NCBI GenBank assembly: GCA_032718475.1
Contig: JAUCBJ010007822.1
Coordinates: forward strand, 1-64,000
Reading direction: 5' to 3'
DNA length: 64,000 bases
DNA from: Nemertoderma westbladi
Lineage: Eukaryota; Animalia; Xenacoelomorpha
A program made the translations under genes and the position numbers. Under the pieces are notes generated by a model, which saw nothing but the letters and a program-made list of their open reading frames with translations, was not told the origin of the DNA and ran no database searches. Below are positions 49,567 to 58,760 of the stretch, one piece after another; the first letter of the stretch is position 1, and every line of letters starts with the position of its first letter.

Positions 49567-52500
49567 CTATAGCGGGTCTGTGAATCCATAGCGCTGGGGG
49601 GGTCGGATATTGCGCCCAGAACGTGTACTTGATTGAGTCCGTTGGTCCGCGCGTTGTGGTGGGGTCGGTGAGGCGATGTCGGCCCAGGTCGGGGGTGTCA
49701 CTGGCCGAGGGGCCTCGGGCTCTGGGGCAGCGGGCGGAGCGATTTGCGGGATAACCGGGGGAGGGCTGGGTAGGATCGGGGTGGGAGTGGGTTGTCCACC
49801 TTCCGAGGCGGTGCGTGGGCGGAGGAAGACGCGGTTGCGCCGCAGGACGCGTCCACTCTCCTGGCGGACCATGTAGTCGTGGTTCGCCAGCGCCTCGACG
49901 ACCACGCCTCGTCCCGTCCAACGCTTGGTGGTAGCGTCCTGGACGAGGACGGGTGTCCCTACGGGTATGACATGGAGGGGGCGGGTGCGGAGGTCGTAGG
50001 CTGCGCGGAGGTTGCTTTTAGTCTGTTCGGCAACCTCGTCGAGTTCCTGGAAGCTCTTCCTCCACTTGGGGTCGAATGAGTTGAAGTGGGCGGGCAAAGC
50101 TTCCCGGATATTGCGTCCGTAGAGGAGTTCCGCAGGTGAGCGCCCTCCATATCGTGGGGTGTTGCGGAACGCGAGTATACCCTGGGCTATAAGGTCGACG
50201 TCGTGGTCGGCGCCCCGGACGAGTCGCTTCATCGCCTTGACGGCGGCTTCGGCGTGGCCGTTTTCTGCGGGGTAGGTGGGGCGACGACGGGTTTAAGTGA
50301 ACCCCCCAGTTGTTGAGGAAGTTCTTCACGGCCTCGGATACGAACTGTGGGCCGCCATCTGGGTGGAACTCCAGGGGGACTGCTGTGGCGAGGAACAGGA
50401 GCCGGAGGTTACGGATGATGGCAGCGGATGTCGTATCGGAACCGAGGAGGAACAACGTGGGCCAGCCGGTATATTCGTCGGTAGCGACCATGTAGTTGGT
50501 GCTGTCGACGACGAACAGGTCGGCGTGGATCCTCTGGAATGGGCGGGTGGCCTCGGGGTTCCGTTGGAGGGGTTCCGGTGTGTGGGAGGGCAGGGACGAC
50601 TGGCAGGACTGGCAGCGTTCGATGGCGACGGCGATGTCGTTCGATATCGTAGGCCACCAGACCGACCGGGCCGCGCGTTCCCGGGTTTTATTGAGTCCCT
50701 GGTGGGCGGCGTGGAGCAGTCGGAGGGTGTTGGGCCGGAGCGCCCCCGGGATGTAGATCTGCGGCCCACGAAGGATTACTCCATCATGGACCATCAGTTC
50801 CATGCGGTGCTGGAAGTAGGGCCGCATGTCGTCGTTAGCCACGTTGTGGCGGGACGTCGGCCAGCCGTCCCGGATCGTGGCGAGGAGCGCCACATAGATC
50901 GGGTCGGCGGCACCGGCTGTCCGGATCTCCTGGAGGCGGGCATCGCGGTCGTCGATCGTCGGAATGGACTCGGCGAGAGCAGCGGAGACAATAAACTCGC
51001 GGTCGTTGTCATCTTCGGCTGCGAGGACGAAGTCGTCCGGAGTGGGTTTTTTGCGTGGGCAGCGGGAGAACGCGTCGGCGACGAGGTGGCGGGCCCCCTT
51101 CTGGTGGCGCGCGGTAAAGTTAAACCGCGAGAGGGCCGTCTTCAGCTTTAGTAGCCGATCGTTGGTGACTTGGTCGAGTCGCCTGTCATTTAGGATGGGT
51201 ATTAAGGGGCTGCAGTCGGTGACTAGTTCGAAGTGGTTCAGCCCATGTAGAAAGTAGCGGCATTTATGAGCCGCCCAGGCCGCCCCGAGGGCCTCCAGCT
51301 CGGCCATCCCGGACCAGTTCGCCTCGTGTTTGGCGAGTGTTCGGGAGCCGCACTGGATGGTGAGCCATCGGTTTGGGGCCGGGTCCCACTGCCGGAGGAG
51401 GAAGCCGAGGCCGTGGAGGCGCGAGGCGTCAGTCAGTAGTTCAGTCCGCCTGTCGGGGTGGAAACCTGAGAGGTATAGTGGACTCGACAGCGCGGTCCGG
51501 GTTGCCTCGAACGCGTTCTGGTGCTGCGGAAGCCAAACCCAGGCGGCCCTGTCCGTGTTGAGACTGCGGAGGGGGTCGACGAGTTGGGAGATCTCGGGAG
51601 TCGAGTTTCCCAACTGTTGGGCGAGGCCCAGGAAGGAACGGAGTTCGCGGCGGTTAGTTGGGGCCGGGAAGTGGCGGAGGTCGTCGGTGAGGGCCGGATC
51701 GATCCGGTAGTGCCCGTGACTGACGAGGTAGCCCCCGAACCGGACCTCGGGGAGGCAGTACTGGACTTTGTCGGTGTTCAGCGATACGTTGGCGGTGTCG
51801 CAGGCTGCGAGGACGCGGGCGACGGCCTCCGGGTGTTCCTCGGCCGTGTCAGTGTGGATGATGACATCCTCCACTATCCGCCCGATGTTGGGGACTCCGC
51901 TGAGAGCGCGCGCCATCCTCGCGTTAAACACATCGGAGCTGCCGTGCCACCCCATGGGCATCCGCCGGTAGCGGAAGTGGCCGCGTGGGGTTGTGAAGGT
52001 GGTGAGACGGCGGCTGGCGAGGTCGAGGCCCACCTGGTGAAACCCTTTAAGACCGTCGAGAACGGTGAAGTAGCGGGCCGAGGTGGGAATTCTCGAGACG
52101 ACGTGGAACGGAGAGGGGGAGAAGTAGTTGGGGCGAACTGTGGCTTTATTAAGTTCGCGTAAATCAACCGTTATGCGGACTTTGTTGGGGTCGCTTTTCT
52201 TCCGCGTAACGACCATCGGGCTGAGCCACTCGCCCGGGTTGTTCTCGTCCCCGGCGGGCTCCAGGATCCCCATGGCGATCTGGTCGTCGAGTTCCCGGTT
52301 GAACGCGGCCTCCAGGTTGACAGGGATGGAGCGGTTCGTATAGGACTGGTTGGGCTGGGCGCCGGGGGTGAGGTTGATGGTGAGTTCCCCTCCCGCCATG
52401 ACTCGGCACTGCCCTGACAGTGGGCGGGGGAAACGGCGGTGTAGGGCTTCCCAGTCGGAGTGGGCGGATGCTACTGGGGGTGCCGGAGCGCCCGGTGGGG

Positions 52501-54049
52501 GTGACGGTGTGTTGGCGTTGGGTTTGGGTGGCCCAACAGGGACTGGTGGCTGGGCATCGGTGGGTGGCGGCGGCGTGATTGGCTTGGTTTGTTCTATAAC
52601 CATGTGGTTCGTAATTGCCGCCAAGTTGCCACCGCGGAGTATCGGACTCCGCAGTACTCCCAGGGTGAAACACACCCTTCGGGAGAGGAGGGGCTGTTGC
52701 AACCCGTCGAGCACCCATAGGTCGGTGGTGCACACAGTTCCGAGGGCGGTGCACTGGAGGGTGGCGTTAAATATCCCCTTAAAGGTCCACCCGAGGCGGC
52801 TCCCATTGGCGAGGCGGGGTGCCAGCGGGGTCTCGGAGTCCTTGTGGCTCGTCATCGGTTGGCCGTCGGGGTGGCGGAGGTTCTCGTGGCGGCCTCCGAA
52901 CGCCCTGTAGATTCGCCAAGGGATGGTGGTCACGTTGGCTCCGGAGTCCGGGAGGAACTGCAGCTCCGGGATACCGCGGGTCGGGTCCTTGGTGACCTGG
53001 AAGCCGATGGTCACGGTTTCGAGGGACTCGAGTCTCTCCATGGCCGAGACGTCCGGGATGGAGTCCAGGTCGAGTCCGTCCAGGATCGTGGACCAGACCT
53101 GGGCGTTGTGGGTGGACTCGTGGTCGTCCCGTCCGTTGTCGGGTTCCTGGGTGGTGTAGTTAGGCCTAGTCCGTGGGTTCGGCGTTGGGCGGCTGCGGCA
53201 CATTCGGTCGTAGTGGCCGATTTGGTTGCAGTGGCGGCAACGGGCCGTAGCGCCCGGACAACGTTTGCCGGCCTGGTGTGGGGGGTAACCGCAGTGAGGG
53301 CACTTGGAGGATGACTTCGGTTGTCGCTCCTCGTGGACCGGGCCCTGTTGGTAGCGCCGGGGTGCGGCTGTAACGCGGGTGACGGCGGCGGCGGGGTTCG
53401 AGGGCAGGGCGAGCGATGCGGCGTCCTTGCGCGCTGCCCAGACGGCTTGGGCGAGCCGCAGTGCGTCGCCGAGGGAACAGTCGTTGGGGAGACGGAGGAG
53501 TTGCTCTGTAACTTCTTTGTCGCCGAATCCCGCAGTGAACTGGTCCAGGAGGCGGTCCTCTTGGTGGGCCTCCTTAGTGGCGAGCGCGGCAAAGTCGCAC
53601 TTGGCGGCCAGGTCCCGGAGGGCGACGAGGAAGGACTCCGGACTCTCCTCGGGGAGGCGGTGACGTCGGGCCAACTGCTGCCGGTAAACCCGTCGGTTGG
53701 TCCCGCCGTCGATGTGCCGCCCCAACTGATCGATGACGTCCTCCGAGTTCGCGTTTTGTTCGGTAGTAAGGGCGAGCCCCTTTACTACCGCGTTAGTGGC
53801 GCGAGAGAACGCCGTAGTGAGCGCGGCGCGACGTAGACAGAGGGTGGATCGACGTAGGTCGTTGGTGACGGCAGCATCCGGGGGATTCGCCGGGTCGGAG
53901 GTGAACAGGTTGAGGAGTCCCGATGTGGCGAGGAAGGCGTCCCATTCATCCTTCCAGAGGTCCCACGTTGTCTTCTCCGACTCGATGTCGAAGGCGGGCG
54001 GGGAGCTTCGCAGGATGAAGGTGTGGGGGTTGCGTGGATCTGTCGCCAT
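49567..54049 (-). CDS. gag-pol: Gag-Pol polyprotein (about 1,493 aa once one extra base near 50275 is removed). As assembled it is split into ORFs 50018..54202 and 49567..50232.
   Basis: Likely start MATDPRN at 54049 (AACAAC-ATG-G, first ATG after the PBS). Motifs: CPHC..H..C and CRHC..H..C knuckles; protease LPDSGA; RT WLSPMVV..K, RITVDLRELN, VLDGLKGFHQV, RMPMG, IVEDVII; RNase H TDAS..ELEA..VTDC..VADAFSR; integrase HHCC, ADLF, PDGGPQF, NGHAEAAVK. Stop TAG at 49567-49569. Confidence 0.92.
49570..50730 (-). other. Integrase domain (HHCC, DDE core and C-terminal tail), interrupted by a +1 frameshift
   Basis: H at 50713 and 50704; CQSC at 50614-50603; D at 50521 (HADLF); D at 50359 (HPDGG); E at 50250 (HAEAA, in the shifted frame). 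Confidence 0.9.
51055..51450 (-). other. RNase H domain (approximate bounds)
   Basis: LLTDASRLHGLGFLL, CGSRTL..HE..W...ELEALG..WA..KC..FL.G, VTDCSPL, VADAFSR. Confidence 0.9.
51700..52385 (-). other. Reverse transcriptase domain (approximate bounds)
   Basis: Gypsy RT blocks WLSPMVV, VDLRELN, LDGLKGFHQ, TTFTTPRG.FRYRRMPMG, IVEDVII, K...VRFGGY. Confidence 0.93.
52660..53010 (-). other. Aspartic protease domain (approximate bounds)
   Basis: Active-site D-S-G at 52948-52940 (FLPDSGANVTTI) and the downstream PLLSRRVCFTLGVL motif. Confidence 0.85.
53198..53302 (-). other. Gag nucleocapsid double zinc knuckle
   Basis: CPHCGYPPHQAGKRC-PGATAR-CRHCNQIGHYDRMC (Cx2Cx4Hx5C followed by Cx2Cx4Hx4C). Confidence 0.9.
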
Positions 54050-54098
54050 GTTGTTAATGGGGAATAGTAGGAGTTCGTAGGTCCAGTTTATCGGCGTG

Positions 54099-54116
54099 TT
54101 CGGAAGCACTGCGCCA
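54099..54116 (-). other. Primer-binding site, probably tRNA-Ser
   Basis: Minus strand TGGCGCAGTGCTTCCGAA starts directly after the 5' LTR. TGG pairs with tRNA CCA, and TGGCGCAGT matches the 3' end (..ACUGCGCCA) of metazoan tRNA-Ser as I recall it. The match beyond about 9 nt is unverified. Confidence 0.8.
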
Positions 54117-54245
54117 TGACGTATATGAGTAGGGGGGTTTGGTGAACTTAGTATGACGTATATTAATGGTGTTGATATAAGTATGGAAATAGAACAAACC
54201 AAGCATTAGGCCTAGGTGTACTGTAAATAGCAGAAGTACTACACA
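54117..54245 (-). repeat. 5' LTR (129 bp)
   Basis: Minus strand reads TGTGTAGTAC...ATATACGTCA. Identical by eye to 49272-49400 and immediately followed by the PBS. Confidence 0.97.
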
Positions 54246-54250
54246 GGAAC
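54246..54250 (+). repeat. Target-site duplication, right copy (GGAAC)
   Basis: ACACA|GGAACGGAACAGG at the right junction. Confidence 0.93.
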
Positions 54251-54699
54251 GGAACAGGTTGGGAGTGTCAGTTAGTTGTGAGTGAAGTCTCATAGATTGG
54301 GGTAGGAACGGAACAGGTTGGGAGTGTCAGTTAGTTGTGAGTGAAGTCTCATATATTGGGGTAGGAACGGAACTGGTTGGGAGTGTCAGTTAGTTGTGAG
54401 TGAAGCCTCATAGATTGGGGTAGGAACGGAGCAGGTTGGGAGTGTCAGTTAGTTGTGAGTGAAGCCTCATAGATTGGGGTAGGAACGGAACAGGTTGGGA
54501 GTGTCAGTTAGTTGTGAGTGAAGCCTCATAGATTGGGGTAGGAACGGAGCAGGTTGGGAGTGTCAGTTAGTTGTGAGTGAAGCCTCATAGATTGCGGTAG
54601 GAACAGGTTGGGAGTGTCAGTTAGTTGTGAGTGAAGCCTCATAGATTGCGGTAGGAACAGGTTGGGAGTGTCAGTTAGTTGTGAGTGAAGCCTCATAGA

Positions 54700-57600
54700 T
54701 TGGGGTAGGAACGGAACAGGTTGGGAGTGTCAGTTAGTTGTGAGTGAAGCCTCATAGATTGGGGTAGGAACGGAGCAGGTTGGGAGTGTCAGTTAGTTGT
54801 GAGTGAAGCCTCATAGATTGCGGTAGGAACAGGTTGGGAGTGTCAGTTAGTTGTGAGTGAAGCCTCATAGATTGCGGTAGGAACAGGTTGGGAGTGTCAG
54901 TTAGTTGTGAGTGAAGCCTCATAGATTGGGATAGGAACAGGTTGGGAGTGTCAGTTAGTTGTGAGTGAAGCCTCATAGATTGGGGTAGGAACGGAGCAGG
55001 TTGGGAGTGTCAGTTAGTTGTGAGTGAAGCCTCATAGATTGCGGTAGGAACAGGTTGGGAGTGTCAGTTAGTTGTGAGTGAAGCCTCATAGATTGGGGTA
55101 GGAACGGAACAGGTTGGGAGTGTCAGTTAGTTGTGAGTGAAGCCTCATAGATTGCGGTAGGAACGGAACAGGTTGGGAGTGTCAGTTAGTTGTGAGTGAA
55201 GCCTCATAGATTGCGGTAGGAACGGAACAGGTTGGGAGTGTCAGTTAGTTGTGAGTGAAGCCTCATAGATTGGGGTAGGAACGGAGCAGGTTGGGAGTGT
55301 CAGTTAGTTGTGAGTGAAGCCTCATAGATTGCGGTAGGAACGGAACAGGTTGGGAGTGTCAGTTAGTTGTGAGTGAAGCCTCATAGATTGCGGTAGGAAC
55401 GGAACAGGTTGGGAGTGTCAGTTAGTTGTGAGTGAAGCCTCATAGATTGCGGTAGGAACGGAACAGGTTGGGAGTGTCAGTTAGTTGTGAGTGAAGCCTC
55501 ATAGATTGGGGTAGGAACAGGTTGGGAGTGTCAGTTAGTTGTGAGTGAAGCCTCATAGATTGCGGTAGGAACGGAACTGGTTGGGAGTGTCAGTTAGTTG
55601 TGAGTGAAGCCTCATAGATTGGGGTAGGAACAGGTTGGGAGTGTCAGTTAGTTGTGAGTGAAGTCTCATAGATTGGGGTAGGAACAGGTTGGGAGTGTCA
55701 GTTAGTTGTGAGTGAAGCCTCATAGATTGCGGTAGGAACGGAACAGGTTGGGAGTGTCAGTTAGTTGTGAGTGAAGCCTCATAGATTGGGGTAGGAACAG
55801 GTTGGGAGTGTCAGTTAGTTGTGAGTGAAGCCTCATAGATTGGGGTAGGAACAGGTTGGGAGTGTCAGTTAGTTGTGAGTGAAGCCTCATAGATTGCGGT
55901 AGGAACGGAGCAGGTTGGGAGTGTCAGTTAGTTGTGAGTGAAGCCTCATAGATTGCGGTAGGAACAGGTTGGGAGTGTCAGTTAGTTGTGAGTGAAGCCT
56001 CATAGATTGCGGTAGGAACGGAACAGGTTGGGAGTGTCAGTTAGTTGTGAGTGAAGCCTCATAGATTGCGGTAGGAACGGAGCAGGTTGGGAGTGTCAGT
56101 TAGTTGTGAGTGAAGCCTCATAGATTGCGGTAGGAACGGAACAGGTTGGGAGTGTCAGTTAGTTGTGAGTGAAGCCTCATAGATTGGGGTAGGAACAGGT
56201 TGGGAGTGTCAGTTAGTTGTGAGTGAAGCCTCATAGATTGCGGTAGGAACAGGTTGGGAGTGTCAGTTAGTTGTGAGTGAAGTCTCATAGATTGGGGTAG
56301 GAACAGGTTGGGAGTGTCAGTTAGTTGTGAGTGAAGCCTCATAGATTGCGGTAGGAACGGAACAGGTTGGGAGTGTCAGTTAGTTGTGAGTGAAGCCTTA
56401 TAGATTGGGGTAGGAACAGGTTGGGAGTGTCAGTTAGTTGTGAGTGAAGTCTCATAGATTGGGGTAGGAACAGGTTGGGAGTGTCAGTTAGTTGTGAGTG
56501 AAGCCTCATAGATTGCGGTAGGAACGGAACAGGTTGGGAGTGTCAGTTAGTTGTGAGTGAAGCCTTATAGATTGCGGTAGGAACGGAACAGGTTGGGAGT
56601 GTCAGATAGTTGTGAGTGAAGCCTCATAGATTGGGGTAGGAACGGAACAGGTTGGGAGTGTCAGTTAGTTGTGAGTGAAGCCTCATAGATTGCGGTAGGA
56701 ACGGAGCAGGTTGGGAGTGTCAGTTAGTTGTGAGTGAAGCCTCATAGATTGCGGTAGGAACAGGTTGGGAGTGTCAGTTAGTTGTGAGTGAAGCCTCATA
56801 GATTGCGGTAGGAACAGGTTGGGAGTGTCAGTTAGTTGTGAGTGAAGCCTCATAGATTGGGATAGGAACAGGTTGGGAGTGTCAGTTAGTTGTGAGTGAA
56901 GCCTCATAGATTGGGGTAGGAACGGAACAGGTTGGGAGTGTCAGTTAGTTGTGAGTGAAGCCTCATAGATTGGGGTAGGAACGGAGCAGGTTGGGAGTGT
57001 CAGTTAGTTGTGAGTGAAGCCTCATAGATTGGGATAGGAACAGGTTGGGAGTGTCAGTTAGTTGTGAGTGAAGCCTCATAGATTGGGGTAGGAACGGAAC
57101 AGGTTGGGAGTGTCAGTTAGTTGTGAGTGAAGCCTCATAGATTGGGGTAGGAACGGAGCAGGTTGGGAGTGTCAGTTAGTTGTGAGTGAAGCCTCATAGA
57201 TTGCGGTAGGAACAGGTTGGGAGTGTCAGTTAGTTGTGAGTGAAGCCTCATAGATTGCGGTAGGAACGGAACAGGTTGGGAGTGTCAGTTAGTTGTGAGT
57301 GAAGCCTCATAGATTGGGGTAGGAACGGAGCAGGTTGGGAGTGTCAGTTAGTTGTGAGTGAAGCCTCATAGATTGCGGTAGGAACGGAACAGGTTGGGAG
57401 TGTCAGTTAGTTGTGAGTGAAGCCTCATAGATTGCGGTAGGAACGGAACAGGTTGGGAGTGTCAGTTAGTTGTGAGTGAAGCCTCATAGATTGCGGTAGG
57501 AACGGAACAGGTTGGGAGTGTCAGTTAGTTGTGAGTGAAGCCTCATAGATTGCGGTAGGAACGGAACAGGTTGGGAGTGTCAGTTAGTTGTGAGTGAAGC

Positions 57601-58760
57601 CTCATAGATTGGGGTAGGAACAGGTTGGGAGTGTCAGTTAGTTGTGAGTGAAGCCTCATAGATTGCGGTAGGAACGGAACTGGTTGGGAGTGTCAGTTAG
57701 TTGTGAGTGAAGCCTCATAGATTGGGGTAGGAACAGGTTGGGAGTGTCAGTTAGTTGTGAGTGAAGTCTCATAGATTGGGGTAGGAACAGGTTGGGAGTG
57801 TCAGTTAGTTGTGAGTGAAGCCTCATAGATTGCGGTAGGAACGGAACAGGTTGGGAGTGTCAGTTAGTTGTGAGTGAAGCCTCATAGATTGGGGTAGGAA
57901 CAGGTTGGGAGTGTCAGTTAGTTGTGAGTGAAGCCTCATAGATTGGGGTAGGAACAGGTTGGGAGTGTCAGTTAGTTGTGAGTGAAGCCTCATAGATTGC
58001 GGTAGGAACGGAGCAGGTTGGGAGTGTCAGTTAGTTGTGAGTGAAGCCTCATAGATTGCGGTAGGAACAGGTTGGGAGTGTCAGTTAGTTGTGAGTGAAG
58101 CCTCATAGATTGCGGTAGGAACGGAACAGGTTGGGAGTGTCAGTTAGTTGTGAGTGAAGCCTCATAGATTGCGGTAGGAACGGAGCAGGTTGGGAGTGTC
58201 AGTTAGTTGTGAGTGAAGCCTCATAGATTGCGGTAGGAACGGAACAGGTTGGGAGTGTCAGTTAGTTGTGAGTGAAGCCTCATAGATTGGGGTAGGAACA
58301 GGTTGGGAGTGTCAGTTAGTTGTGAGTGAAGCCTCATAGATTGCGGTAGGAACAGGTTGGGAGTGTCAGTTAGTTGTGAGTGAAGTCTCATAGATTGGGG
58401 TAGGAACAGGTTGGGAGTGTCAGTTAGTTGTGAGTGAAGCCTCATAGATTGCGGTAGGAACGGAACAGGTTGGGAGTGTCAGTTAGTTGTGAGTGAAGCC
58501 TTATAGATTGGGGTAGGAACAGGTTGGGAGTGTCAGTTAGTTGTGAGTGAAGTCTCATAGATTGGGGTAGGAACAGGTTGGGAGTGTCAGTTAGTTGTGA
58601 GTGAAGCCTCATAGATTGCGGTAGGAACGGAACAGGTTGGGAGTGTCAGTTAGTTGTGAGTGAAGCCTTATAGATTGCGGTAGGAACGGAACAGGTTGGG
58701 AGTGTCAGATAGTTGTGAGTGAAGCCTCATAGATTGGGGTAGGAACGGAACAGGTTGGGA
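54700..58760 (+). repeat. About 2.1 kb tandem duplication in the right arm
   Basis: TCAGATAG at 56606/58709 and ORF patterns at 56118/58221 (+2103). Bounds approximate. Confidence 0.85.

Larger units (their letters stand above)
49272..54245 (-). mobile_element. Full-length Ty3/Gypsy LTR retrotransposon, probably Mag-clade-like (4,974 bp)
   Basis: Two identical TG...CA LTRs, 5-bp TSD, PBS and PPT in the expected places. Domain order gag-PR-RT-RH-IN excludes Copia. Short LTRs, a single gag-pol frame, two CCHC knuckles (BEL/Pao typically has three) and RRNR / TRSGR..PP.RY integrase tail motifs are typical of Mag-like elements. The clade call is from motif recognition, not a search. Confidence 0.96.

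Noticed and set aside
50018-50274. Arg-rich C-terminus of the 1394-aa ORF as a real domain or NLS
   Set aside because: It is out-of-frame read-through after the +1 frameshift; the true integrase continues in the 49567..50232 frame.
49526-54080. Overlapping and antisense ORFs inside the element (e.g. 50297..51151 +, 51521..52162 +, 52164..52754 -)
   Set aside because: Expected shadow ORFs of a GC-rich coding region, with no recognisable motifs.
54050-54202. 51-aa N-terminal extension from the ATG inside the 5' LTR
   Set aside because: It runs through the LTR and PBS. ATG 54049 follows the PBS, has good context and begins the GC-rich coding composition.
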